Positions 9,078 through 18,258 of a stretch of 28,703 nucleotides of DNA are shown here, piece by piece (position 1 is the stretch's first letter; every line of letters starts with the position of its first letter). The notes beneath the pieces were generated by a model. That model saw nothing but the letters and a program-made list of their open reading frames with translations. It made no database searches and was not told the origin of the DNA. The translations under genes were made by a program, and so were the position numbers. The stretch comes from a virus (lineage: Duplodnaviria; Caudoviricetes): the IMG/VR virus record IMGVR_UViG_3300005611_000153, positions 1-28,703 of that record. One strand, written 5' to 3'.

Positions 9078-9968
9078 ATGAGTGGAAAAGAATCACAAGC
9101 AGAATTAGACTTAGGTTTAGACGAAGAAGAGGGTCCAGACGTTGAAGTTACGGTTGAAGATACGTCTCAAGACCAAGGAATAGAGGTTTCTGAAAATGAT
9201 CAAGATACTGAAGATGAGTTTAAAAAGAGTGAGAACCAAACTCAGAAGAGAATTAATAGACTTACAAAAAAGATGCGGGAAGCTGAGAAAAACGCTGAAG
9301 AAGCTACTCGATTCGCGCAATTAAAAGCTAGAGAAAACGCAGAACTCGCTCAAAGACTTAATCAAATGGATAATAGCTACGTTGATCAATATAGTGGTCG
9401 CGTAGAATCAGAGTTAGCTCAAACGGAAGCTGCTTTAAGAAGCGCCATGGAAATTGGTGATACAGAAGCTGCTGTAGCTGCTCAAAGAAAAATGACACAA
9501 TTAGCCGTAGAGGCCGATAGAGCCGCTCAAGCTAGGTTGGCTAACGAGAGAAGACAAAAACAGCCTCCAGCGCAGCCTATGGCCCAGCAAACGGTATCTC
9601 AATCTCCCCCAAGGCCTGATCCAAAGGCTGAAAGGTGGGCACAGAGGAATGATTGGTTTGGCGAAGACAGCGCCATGACTTATGCAGCATTTGGTATTCA
9701 TAAAGAACTTGTTGAGTCAGAAGGTATTGACCCGAAGAGCGATGAGTACTATGATATACTAGATAGACGTATGAAGGAAGAATTTCCTCATAAGTTTAAA
9801 GACGGAACTCAGAGCAAACGACCCGCCCAGACGGTTGCTTCTGTAAATAGGTCCGTTGGAACTGGGCGCAGTAGTGGGAACAAGGTTAGACTAACTCAGA
9901 GGCAAGTCGCTATGGCGAAAAAACTTGGAGTAAGTCTAGAACAATACGCAAAATACGTTAAGGAGTAA
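9078..9968 (+). CDS. Probable capsid scaffolding protein
   Basis: Acidic N-terminus, long coiled coil, C-terminal VRLTQRQVAMAKKLGVSLEQYAK; upstream of the capsid genes. Confidence 0.7.
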   Translation: MSGKESQAELDLGLDEEEGPDVEVTVEDTSQDQGIEVSENDQDTEDEFKKSENQTQKRINRLTKKMREAEKNAEEATRFAQLKARENAELAQRLNQMDNSYVDQYSGRVESELAQTEAALRSAMEIGDTEAAVAAQRKMTQLAVEADRAAQARLANERRQKQPPAQPMAQQTVSQSPPRPDPKAERWAQRNDWFGEDSAMTYAAFGIHKELVESEGIDPKSDEYYDILDRRMKEEFPHKFKDGTQSKRPAQTVASVNRSVGTGRSSGNKVRLTQRQVAMAKKLGVSLEQYAKYVKE

Positions 9969-9973
9969 AATAA

Positions 9974-10462
9974 ATGGCACAACAAGACGATATGTTTGAA
10001 GGTTCTATTAAAAGAACTCCTCGCGCAACACAGACAAGGGAGAAGGCGGCAGCGCGTAAGCCGTGGGCTCCACCATCCATGCTGGATGCACCACCCGCAC
10101 CAGATGGCTTTAAACATCGATGGGTAAGAGCAGAAACTCGTGGTTTCAATGACACCAAGAATGTTTCCGCAAAACTTAGAGAAGGTTGGGAGCTCGTAAG
10201 AGCAGATGAATACCCAGATTTTGAAGCCCCTATAGTAGATTCGGGTAAATATGAAGGTGTTTTCGGAGTAGGTGGGTTAGTTTTAGCTCGTATGCCTGTT
10301 GAGACTATTGCAGAAAGAACAGCTTACTTTAATCAAAGGAAAGCAGATCAGATGCAAGCAGTGGATTCAGATATGATGAGAGAAAACGCACATTCAACTA
10401 TGACGATCAATCGACCAGATCGTCAATCTCGTGTAACCTTTGGCGGTCCTAAAAAACAATAG
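9974..10462 (+). CDS. Head-module hypothetical protein
   Basis: AGGAG RBS; WAPPSMLDAP...HRWVR...GWELV. Confidence 0.8.
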   Translation: MAQQDDMFEGSIKRTPRATQTREKAAARKPWAPPSMLDAPPAPDGFKHRWVRAETRGFNDTKNVSAKLREGWELVRADEYPDFEAPIVDSGKYEGVFGVGGLVLARMPVETIAERTAYFNQRKADQMQAVDSDMMRENAHSTMTINRPDRQSRVTFGGPKKQ

Positions 10463-10489
10463 GATGGCCCCATTATTGGAGTAAAATAA

Positions 10490-11122
10490 ATGGCAAATAA
10501 TCTAACAGCTGGTTATGGTCTTCGTCCGATAGGAAAGGTAGGTGGCAACCCAAATAATAACGCCACAACACAGTACGAGATTGCAAGCAACTATGCAACA
10601 GCTATATACAATGGCGGGATCGTGTGTCCTGCTGCTACAGGAACTATCATTATCTCTGATCAAGCGATATCTCCTTTAGGTGTATTAGCAGGCGTAGAGT
10701 TTGTTGACTCTGTTACTGGTAAAACTACTTTTAAAAACTATTGGCCGGGAGCAAACGCAGTAAGTGTGGACACAGATTTCCCTGTGAAAGCATTCGTCTA
10801 TGACGATCCTTTTCAACTTTATGCTGTAGTTGCAGATGGTACAAACACTGATAGAGCAACAGCTCTTGCAGATGTTTTTGTCAACTGTGATATGGCAAGT
10901 GTAAATAACGGTAGTACAGCTACTGGTAGATCTAGTGATATGCTAGATATCAGTTCAGCTGCTACAACTAATACACTTGATGTAAGGATTGTTGGTCTTT
11001 ACGAAGATGCGGCTAATTCAGACTATTCTGCATTAGGTCATCAGTATATCGTAAGATTGAACGGTCACTATAATCTTAACACAAGTGCGGCGGTTGGTAC
11101 CTTCGCTACAACAGGTATATAG
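10490..11122 (+). CDS. Putative capsid decoration/minor capsid protein
   Basis: Beta-rich, small-residue-rich protein immediately before the major capsid gene. Confidence 0.6.
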   Translation: MANNLTAGYGLRPIGKVGGNPNNNATTQYEIASNYATAIYNGGIVCPAATGTIIISDQAISPLGVLAGVEFVDSVTGKTTFKNYWPGANAVSVDTDFPVKAFVYDDPFQLYAVVADGTNTDRATALADVFVNCDMASVNNGSTATGRSSDMLDISSAATTNTLDVRIVGLYEDAANSDYSALGHQYIVRLNGHYNLNTSAAVGTFATTGI

Positions 11123-11136
11123 GGAGGGTTTAAACA

Positions 11137-12048
11137 ATGGCTATATCAAGAGCACAATTAGCGAAAGAGCTAGAACCTGGACTTAACGCCCTGTTTGGTC
11201 TAGAGTACGATCGTTATGAAAACGAACACGCAGAGATATTTGATGAGGAATCATCAGATAGAGCGTTTGAAGAAGAAGTGATGTTAGCAGGCTTTTCAAC
11301 TGCACCGTCTAAAGCAGAGGGTGGAGCGATTAGCTTCGATGACGCACAAGAAACCTTCACTGCAAGATACACACATGAGACTATTGCTTTAGCTTTCTCA
11401 ATCACAGAAGAAGCTATCGAGGATAATCTTTATGACAGACTTGCAGGTCGTTACACAAAAGCATTAGCAAGATCCATGGCACAGACAAAGCAAATTAAAG
11501 CTGCAGCTGTGTTAAACAACGCTTTTACTGCAGGAGCTTCTGCAGGAGGCGATGGAGTTGCTTTACTAAGTAACGCTCACCCAACAATCAGTGGTACTCA
11601 AAGTAACATATTAGCAACAGCGGCAGACTTAAACGAGACTTCGCTAGAGCAAGCTTTGATTGACATTGCTGGTTTACAGGATGAGAGAGGCTTAAAAATT
11701 GCTGTAAGAGGTACTAAGTTGATAATTCCAAAAGAATTACAATTTATTGCTGAAAGAGTGTTAAACAGTAATTTAAGACCGGGAACTGCAGATAACGATG
11801 CAAACGCAATTAAGAACATGGGAATGTTACCGGAAGGTGCCGTTGTAAACCATTTCTTAACTGATACAGATGCATTCTTTATCAAGACAGATGCTCCAAA
11901 CGGTTTGAAATACTTTAACAGATCAGCTATTAAGACAGCTATGGAAGGTGACTTTGACACTGGAAATATGCGTTTTAAGGCAAGAGAAAGATACAGCTTC
12001 GGTTTTTCAGACTGGAGATGTTTATTCGGAACACCTGGTGCAGCGTAG
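11137..12048 (+). CDS. Major capsid protein (HK97 fold, Mu gpT-like)
   Basis: MAISRAQLAKELEPGLNALFGLEY start, ITEEAIEDNLY, KARERYSFGFSDWR end; strong RBS; followed by a terminator. Confidence 0.9.
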   Translation: MAISRAQLAKELEPGLNALFGLEYDRYENEHAEIFDEESSDRAFEEEVMLAGFSTAPSKAEGGAISFDDAQETFTARYTHETIALAFSITEEAIEDNLYDRLAGRYTKALARSMAQTKQIKAAAVLNNAFTAGASAGGDGVALLSNAHPTISGTQSNILATAADLNETSLEQALIDIAGLQDERGLKIAVRGTKLIIPKELQFIAERVLNSNLRPGTADNDANAIKNMGMLPEGAVVNHFLTDTDAFFIKTDAPNGLKYFNRSAIKTAMEGDFDTGNMRFKARERYSFGFSDWRCLFGTPGAA

Positions 12049-12076
12049 CCTCCAAGCAAATTAATGCACCAGTTTT

Positions 12077-12106
12077 AAGGGCGGCACTTGCCGCCCTTCT
12101 TTTTTT
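12077..12106 (+). terminator. Rho-independent terminator after the capsid gene
   Basis: AAGGGCGGCA-CT-TGCCGCCCTT hairpin followed by CTTTTTTT. Confidence 0.9.
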
Positions 12107-12168
12107 GTGTATAATAAACTAAACCTTGACAGTTACATGGGGTAACTGACATTTGCCACGACAAGGAG
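12088..12168 (+). promoter_or_regulatory. Candidate promoter and structured 5' leader
   Basis: TTGCCG-16nt-TATAAT (12088-12115); hairpin CAGTTAC/GTAACTG (12130-12148) enclosed by CCTTG/CAAGG, which overlaps the AAGGAG RBS. Confidence 0.5.
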
Positions 12169-12174
12169 ATAAAC

Positions 12175-12681
12175 ATGGCTAATACAACTTTTTCAGGTCC
12201 TATTAGATCTGAATCTACCATTAAAGCTGTAAGTAAAAATACTGCTACAGGAACTATAACAGAAGTAACCACTTACGGGGGTGCCCCTGTTGCGTTAGGT
12301 GACGAAGATAAAACACTTGACAATGCAACACATAGTGGAAGAATTTTGGTTGTTCCAGCTGTTACAGCTAACCGTACAATAACACTTCCAAGCCCAGTTG
12401 CAGGTGCTAATTTCAAATTAATATATGGTGGTGCAGCAGAAGAGACAGAAAATGTTATTATCGACACAGGTTCTGACACAAACTTTTTTATTGGCGGCGT
12501 ACAACATTTAGATACAAATGCGGATAACGTGTCTGTGTATTCAGATGGAAACTCAAACTCAAAACTTACTTTAATTGACTTTGGTATAATGGAAATAAAC
12601 ATTACAGCTAAAGATTCAACAAACTGGTATGTTTGGGGTAATGTAGTTTCTGCCACAGCACCAACTTTTGGTGATCAATAA
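12175..12681 (+). CDS. Putative virion structural protein (head fibre/decoration-like)
   Basis: AAGGAG RBS; beta-rich; TITLPSPVAGANFK. Confidence 0.7.
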   Translation: MANTTFSGPIRSESTIKAVSKNTATGTITEVTTYGGAPVALGDEDKTLDNATHSGRILVVPAVTANRTITLPSPVAGANFKLIYGGAAEETENVIIDTGSDTNFFIGGVQHLDTNADNVSVYSDGNSNSKLTLIDFGIMEINITAKDSTNWYVWGNVVSATAPTFGDQ

Positions 12682-12693
12682 TAGGAGGGTTAA

Positions 12694-13098
12694 ATGGCGG
12701 ATGCAGTAACCTCTCAAACTATTTTTGACGGCGATAAGAAAGTCATACAGAAATTTACGAATATTTCTGACGGTACTGGAGAATCAGCTGTAAAAAAAGT
12801 AGATGTGAGTGCTTTAACCTCAAATAGTCATGGTCAATCTTGCACAGCTGTTACTATTGAAAAGATATGGTGGCAGTGTATTGGTATGAAAACAAGATTG
12901 TTTTTTGATGCCACATCCGATGCTTTTATAATTGAACTAGGTGAAAACCAAAGCGGTTATCACGATTATACAAGCTTTGGAGGCCTACCTAATAATGCAG
13001 GTTCTGGAAAAACAGGAGATATTATGTTTACTACTGTCGGACATTCAGTAGGAGATACATACACTATTACTCTTGAAATGAGAAAGAGCTATGACTAG
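12694..13098 (+). CDS. Putative virion structural protein
   Basis: GGAGGG RBS; beta-rich 134 aa. Confidence 0.7.
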   Translation: MADAVTSQTIFDGDKKVIQKFTNISDGTGESAVKKVDVSALTSNSHGQSCTAVTIEKIWWQCIGMKTRLFFDATSDAFIIELGENQSGYHDYTSFGGLPNNAGSGKTGDIMFTTVGHSVGDTYTITLEMRKSYD

Positions 13099-13375
13099 GG
13101 AGAGAGACAAGCAACCTCCCAAAACTAAAAAATATTTCCGCTCCACTAAATCTGGAGCGGGAATGACTAAGGCTGGAGTTGCTAGATACCGCAGAGAAAA
13201 CCCTGGAAGTAAACTAAAAACCGCTGTTACAGGTAAAGTAAAAAAAGGAAGTGTGGCTGCCAAAAGAAGGAAATCATACTGTGCAAGAAGCGCCGGACAA
13301 ATGAAAAAATTTCCAAAAGCAGCTAAGGATCCAAACAGTCGTTTACGACAAGCTAGAAGAAGGTGGAAGTGCTGA
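13091..13375 (+). CDS. Small highly basic protein
   Basis: About one third K/R; KRRKSYCARS...ARRRWKC. Confidence 0.8.
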   Translation: MTRERDKQPPKTKKYFRSTKSGAGMTKAGVARYRRENPGSKLKTAVTGKVKKGSVAAKRRKSYCARSAGQMKKFPKAAKDPNSRLRQARRRWKC

Positions 13376-13587
13376 TGCCTAGAGGAAGAGTTAAAAAAGA
13401 AGAGTTGACTACCGAACAAGTCATGTTTGAACTAGCTAAACATGAGGCCGAATGTAACCTTAGATACAAAAGAATAGAAGAACGATTAGATGATCAAAAA
13501 GCTCATTTAAAGGGACTTGATATTCGTATGTGGGGGTTAGCTGTTTTAATTATAGGAGCAGCAGCAGTGCAAGAGTTAATATCATGA
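13375..13587 (+). CDS. Coiled-coil protein with C-terminal TM helix
   Basis: TGATG coupling; HEAECNLRY...LDIRMW followed by a hydrophobic helix. Confidence 0.75.
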   Translation: MPRGRVKKEELTTEQVMFELAKHEAECNLRYKRIEERLDDQKAHLKGLDIRMWGLAVLIIGAAAVQELIS

Positions 13588-13805
13588 TGAGCAAAGTAAA
13601 AACAGGTCCTAAACCATCTAAACTTCAAGTAACTTATTTTAAAAAAGGTGGTGCGGCTAAAAGCAAAGGCAGTAAGATATGCCCAGCTGGAAAAGCGTGG
13701 GCTAAACGTACTTTTGATACATATCCAAGCGCTTACGCAAATATGGCTGCTTCTAAGTATTGCAAAGACCCTAATTATGCTAAAGGATCAAAAAGGAAAA
13801 AATAA
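13584..13805 (+). CDS. Small basic protein with FKKGG motif
   Basis: ATGA overlap; ICPAGKAWAKRTFDTYPSAYAN. Confidence 0.75.
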   Translation: MMSKVKTGPKPSKLQVTYFKKGGAAKSKGSKICPAGKAWAKRTFDTYPSAYANMAASKYCKDPNYAKGSKRKK

Positions 13806-14179
13806 TGGGTGCTCTTAAAGATTGGGTAAAACAAGATTGGGTACGAATAGGTACAGACGGTAAGATTAAAGGTAAATGTGGTACTTCAAAAGATAAGAAA
13901 AATCCTGATAGATGTTTACCTAGATCTAAAGCTAACAGCTTATCGCAGTCTCAACGAGCTTCTACTGCTAAGAAAAAGAAAAAAGAAGGTTCAAAAGGTA
14001 AAACTTTTGTTTCTAATACCAAGGCGGCAAAAGTTACAAAAATGGCTCTTGGTGGAGAAGTCCCTTCTACTAAGGCCAAAAGACCCTTCAACGGTAAAAC
14101 AAAAAAAGGCGCTATTGTTGCAAGAGGATGTGGGGTTGTTATGGAAAATAGACGTAAACAAACAAGGGTAAGGACTTAA
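13805..14179 (+). CDS. Small basic protein with KMALGG motif
   Basis: TAATG coupling; LKDWVKQDW...KCG...RCLP; ARGCG near the C-terminus. Confidence 0.8.
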   Translation: MGALKDWVKQDWVRIGTDGKIKGKCGTSKDKKNPDRCLPRSKANSLSQSQRASTAKKKKKEGSKGKTFVSNTKAAKVTKMALGGEVPSTKAKRPFNGKTKKGAIVARGCGVVMENRRKQTRVRT

Positions 14180-14180
14180 T

Positions 14181-14849
14181 ATGGCAACATCTAATTCCAC
14201 AAATTTTGAGCTAGATGCCGCAGAATACATAGAAGAAGCTTTTGAAAGATGCGGCTTAGAAGTAAGAACAGGTTATGATTTAACTACAGCTAGAAGATCT
14301 TTAAATCTCATGTTTGCAGAGTGGGCAAATAGGGGATTAAATCAGTGGACTATATCTCAAAGAACGCAAGCACTTACGTCAGGAGATCGAGAATATTCTT
14401 TAGGAACAGATGTAATTGATGTTCTTAACTTAGTTGTAAGGCGATCTGGTACTGATTTTTCTATGACAAGGATTAGTCGATCAGATGATTTAGCCATACC
14501 TAATAAAGCTACCACAGGTAGACCTACTCAATTTTTTCTTGATAGACAGATAACCCCTAATTTAAAAATTTGGCCTACTCCTGAAAACAGCACCGATGTT
14601 ATTTACTATGATGCTCTTACTAGAATAGAAGATGTTGATTCTCAAACAAATACTATGGACATTCCTTTTAGATTTTATCCGTGTTTGTCGGCAGGTTTAG
14701 CGTATTATCTTTCATTAAAAAAAGCTCCTCAAAGAACCCAAATGTTAAAAGCTATTTACGAAGAAGAGTTTGAAAGAGCAATAGGAGAAGATCGAGATAG
14801 GTCTAGTTTCACGGTAAGTCCTCAATATTCATATTTAAGGTCTAACTAA
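14181..14849 (+). CDS. Putative head-tail adaptor/connector protein
   Basis: EEAFERCG...ARRSLNLMFAEWANRGLN; GRPTQFF...KIWPTP; position after the head genes. Confidence 0.65.
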   Translation: MATSNSTNFELDAAEYIEEAFERCGLEVRTGYDLTTARRSLNLMFAEWANRGLNQWTISQRTQALTSGDREYSLGTDVIDVLNLVVRRSGTDFSMTRISRSDDLAIPNKATTGRPTQFFLDRQITPNLKIWPTPENSTDVIYYDALTRIEDVDSQTNTMDIPFRFYPCLSAGLAYYLSLKKAPQRTQMLKAIYEEEFERAIGEDRDRSSFTVSPQYSYLRSN

Positions 14850-15085
14850 TGACAAATATAATAGAAACAAAATTTGGAACCTTAGTTAATACTAGTAAGA
14901 TAGCTTCTGGTAGTGCTTCAACAATAAAAAAGTCTGGAGCTTTTTATAACTTTTCTATTACGTTAAGTAAGGATGATGTTCGTGAATATTCTTTTACAGA
15001 CAGACAAAGAGCAGAGAATATGAGAAAGATTTTAATTAGTCATTTAGAAGAAAAAATCAAGATGGATTATAAGAAGCATGGCTAA
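14849..15085 (+). CDS. Hypothetical protein inside the neck cluster
   Basis: TAATG coupling; 78 aa; overlaps the next gene. Confidence 0.7.
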   Translation: MTNIIETKFGTLVNTSKIASGSASTIKKSGAFYNFSITLSKDDVREYSFTDRQRAENMRKILISHLEEKIKMDYKKHG

Positions 15086-15581
15086 ATTTGCTAAAGGAAA
15101 ACATGCCTATGGAATATCAGATAGATCTGGTATGAGGTATAAATATCGAGATTTAAAAAAAGAATGGAACGGATCTTTAGTAGGACCTGATGAATTTGAA
15201 GCTAAACACCCTCAATTAGGTCCTTTTAGAACCGTATCCGATCCAGAAGCTTTACGAGATTCTAGACCTAGTAGAATAGAAAACCCTGTACAAGTTCTTT
15301 TAGTTCTTAATCCGTTTACTTCCAACGAGGCGGGGTCTGGTCTTATAACTGTAAGAGAATTTGGTCATGGAAGAACCACCGGAGATACAGTTAGATTTAG
15401 GACGGTATATGGCTTTGATGGATTTACAAAAGCTGTTTTAGAGCAAGCTTCAGGATACAGTATTACAGTTGTTAATACAGATAGTTATACATTTACAGCT
15501 AATGGAGAAACGGCTACAATAGGTGGTATTGTAGGAGGTGGTGGTCGAGCCACTGCAGGTCCAATCACGGTGAGTGCATGA
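15078..15581 (+). CDS. Neck-region structural protein with C-terminal beta domain
   Basis: ISDRSG...EWNG...EAKHPQL; HGRTTGDTVRF...YSITVVNTDSYTF. Confidence 0.7.
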   Translation: MAKFAKGKHAYGISDRSGMRYKYRDLKKEWNGSLVGPDEFEAKHPQLGPFRTVSDPEALRDSRPSRIENPVQVLLVLNPFTSNEAGSGLITVREFGHGRTTGDTVRFRTVYGFDGFTKAVLEQASGYSITVVNTDSYTFTANGETATIGGIVGGGGRATAGPITVSA

Positions 15582-15582
15582 T

Positions 15583-16230
15583 ATGAGTTTTACATTAGCA
15601 ACATTAAAGACAGCCATACAAGATTATACAGACAATGATGAAACTGTTTTTGTCTCACAACTTAATAATTTTATTAAAGCTGCCGAAGAAAAAATATTCA
15701 AAAGTATTGACTTAGATATATTCAGAAAGAATGTAACAAGTGCTGTTACAACATCTGATCCTTATTTAAGTGTTCCTGCTGATTTTTTAAGTTCATTTTC
15801 TTTACAAATAACTTCTTCTGGATCCGAAAGTTTTCTTTTGCAGAAGGACGTAAACTTTTTAAGAGAGTATTCTCCTAGTGCATCTACAACAGGATTACCT
15901 AAATACTATGCTAAATTTGATGTAAATAATTTTATTTTAGCACCGACTCCAGATGCAAACTACACTGTTGAATTACACTATTATTATAGGCCTGCTAGTT
16001 TGACCGCAGGAGCAGACGATGGTACAACTTGGGTTAGTACAAATGCACCTTTTGCATTGCTTTATGGTTCTCTTATAGAGGCATATACATTTATGAAAGG
16101 TGAGCCCGACGTAATACAAAACTATGATAAATTGTATATGCAATATATGGAAAGAGTAAAAGACTTTGGAGAAGCAAGAGAAAACACAGATGGCTATAGA
16201 TCAGGTCTACCATCAAGACCAAGAACATAG
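15583..16230 (+). CDS. Putative adaptor/tail tubular protein
   Basis: LKTAIQDY, GLPKYYA, LAPTPDANYTVELHY, LLYGSLIEAYTFMKGE. Confidence 0.65.
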   Translation: MSFTLATLKTAIQDYTDNDETVFVSQLNNFIKAAEEKIFKSIDLDIFRKNVTSAVTTSDPYLSVPADFLSSFSLQITSSGSESFLLQKDVNFLREYSPSASTTGLPKYYAKFDVNNFILAPTPDANYTVELHYYYRPASLTAGADDGTTWVSTNAPFALLYGSLIEAYTFMKGEPDVIQNYDKLYMQYMERVKDFGEARENTDGYRSGLPSRPRT

Positions 16231-16239
16231 GAGTTAAAT

Positions 16240-16671
16240 ATGGCAACAGCAAATGCATCAACCAATTACCTAGAGAGAAGATTATTACATTATATCTTTA
16301 AGAATAACTCTCTAAGTTTTTCATCCCCTGGGGATAGTATTTATGTAGGATTGGCAACAGCCGTATCTGCCGCTGAAACTGGTACAGTAACAGAAGCGAC
16401 ATTTACAAATTATGCAAGACAACAAGTAACAGCTGCAAACTGGACTACAATAGGTGATGATTCAACAGACACTCAAACTGCTACTAACTCTGGTAACATT
16501 GAGTATCCAGCTTCTGGTGGTACAACAGAAACAATAACACATGTGTTTGTAGCAGATGCTTTAACAAGTGGTAATATTTTATTTGTAGGTGAATTAGATG
16601 CTAGTAAAGTAATAGCCTCTGGTGATATATTTAGAATTAATGCAGGGAATCTGACAATAGAGTTGAAGTAA
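16240..16671 (+). CDS. Tail-associated structural protein
   Basis: YVGLATA...YARQ...N...YP...ITH...DA...GN motif series typical of minor tail proteins. Confidence 0.65.
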   Translation: MATANASTNYLERRLLHYIFKNNSLSFSSPGDSIYVGLATAVSAAETGTVTEATFTNYARQQVTAANWTTIGDDSTDTQTATNSGNIEYPASGGTTETITHVFVADALTSGNILFVGELDASKVIASGDIFRINAGNLTIELK

Positions 16672-18248
16672 TGGCACTAGTAATATCAGATAGAGTAAAA
16701 GAAACAACCACTACCAGTGGAACGGGCACCTATACACTAGGTGGAGCCGTTACTGGTTTTGAGACTTTTACTGCCAATCTTAGTGATGGAGATACAACAT
16801 ATTATGCTTGTACCGACAACACAGATTTTGAGATTGGTCTTGGGACTTTTACTACTTCTGGTACAACTTTAGCAAGAACAACAATATTAGCCAGTTCTAA
16901 CTCTGGCAGTGCCGTGAACTGGGCAGCTGGAACCAAAACTATATTTTGCACGTTACCAGCTGCAAAGGCAGTGTTTTTAGATGCAAGTAACGTAACAAAT
17001 ATCAGTAATTTAAAACTAGCCAGTGGTGCAACAGTTACAGCTATTCTTGATGAGGATACATTATCTTCTAACAGCGATACATCTTTAGCAACACAACAAT
17101 CTATTAAGGCATATGTAGATGCTCAAGTAACTGCACAAGATCTAGACTTTCAAGGTGATACGGGGGGTGCACTAAGTATAGATTTAGATAGTGAGACACT
17201 TACTTTAACAGGTGGCACAGGTATTGATACAAGTGGTAGTGGTAATGCTGTTACATTTGCAATAGATTCTACTGTAGCTACATTAACAGGTACACAAACA
17301 CTTACAAATAAAACACTTACAACTCCTATTATAAGTACTATTAGTAATACAGGAGCATTAACTCTTCCTACTTCAACTGATACTTTAGTAGGTAGAGCAA
17401 CAACAGATACTTTAACAAACAAAACAATAGACGTAGACAACAACACAGTTTCTAACATTGAAGTAGATAACTTTAAAGCTAGTGCTGTTGTAACTGAAGC
17501 AGAAGGTATTGGCTCTAGTGACAATGATACATCATTACCTACATCAGCAGCTGTTAAGGATTATGTAGACACACAAGTAGCAACTGCTAATGAATTATCA
17601 GAACTAACAGATACTAACATTACATCACCTGCTGACGGTGCTTTACTCTTTTATGACACAGGTACATCTAAGTGGATAGATAATGTAGTCTCAGGTGATA
17701 TCACAATAGCTGATACAGGTGTTGCTGCAATCGGTTCAGGTGTTGTTGTTAATGCTGATATCAATGCTAGTGCAGCCATTGATGCTACAAAGATACATGA
17801 TGGCACAGTAGATAACACAGAGTTTGGATATCTTAATGGTGTTACGTCTGCTATACAAACACAGCTTGATGCAAAACAAGCAAGTGATGCAGAGTTAACT
17901 GCTATTGCAGGATTAACTTCAGCGGCAGACAAAGGTATTCAGTTTACTGGTTCAGGCACTGCTGCAACTTATGATTTAACAGCGGCAGGTAAGGCACTAT
18001 TAGATGATGCAGATGCTTCTGCACAAAGAACAACATTAGGTCTTGGTACAGCAGCCGTAACAAACACTGGTATATCAAGTGGTAATACTTTGGTAGCAGA
18101 TTCTACTGTAGCAGATGATGATTTTTTAAGAATTAATGGCACAAGTGTAGAGGGTCGCAGTGCTAGTGAGGTATTGAATGATATAGGTGCAACAACATTA
18201 ACAGAAGCATCTGATGAAGCAACTGCACTTGCGATTGCTCTCGGATAG
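16671..18248 (+). CDS. Tail fibre-like protein (proximal/shaft)
   Basis: DRVKETTTTSGTG start; TLTNKT repeats; two TSL.T....K.YVD.QV repeats; LNGVTSAIQTQLD; ends ALAIALG. Confidence 0.8.
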   Translation: MALVISDRVKETTTTSGTGTYTLGGAVTGFETFTANLSDGDTTYYACTDNTDFEIGLGTFTTSGTTLARTTILASSNSGSAVNWAAGTKTIFCTLPAAKAVFLDASNVTNISNLKLASGATVTAILDEDTLSSNSDTSLATQQSIKAYVDAQVTAQDLDFQGDTGGALSIDLDSETLTLTGGTGIDTSGSGNAVTFAIDSTVATLTGTQTLTNKTLTTPIISTISNTGALTLPTSTDTLVGRATTDTLTNKTIDVDNNTVSNIEVDNFKASAVVTEAEGIGSSDNDTSLPTSAAVKDYVDTQVATANELSELTDTNITSPADGALLFYDTGTSKWIDNVVSGDITIADTGVAAIGSGVVVNADINASAAIDATKIHDGTVDNTEFGYLNGVTSAIQTQLDAKQASDAELTAIAGLTSAADKGIQFTGSGTAATYDLTAAGKALLDDADASAQRTTLGLGTAAVTNTGISSGNTLVADSTVADDDFLRINGTSVEGRSASEVLNDIGATTLTEASDEATALAIALG

Positions 18249-18258
18249 GAGATAAAGA

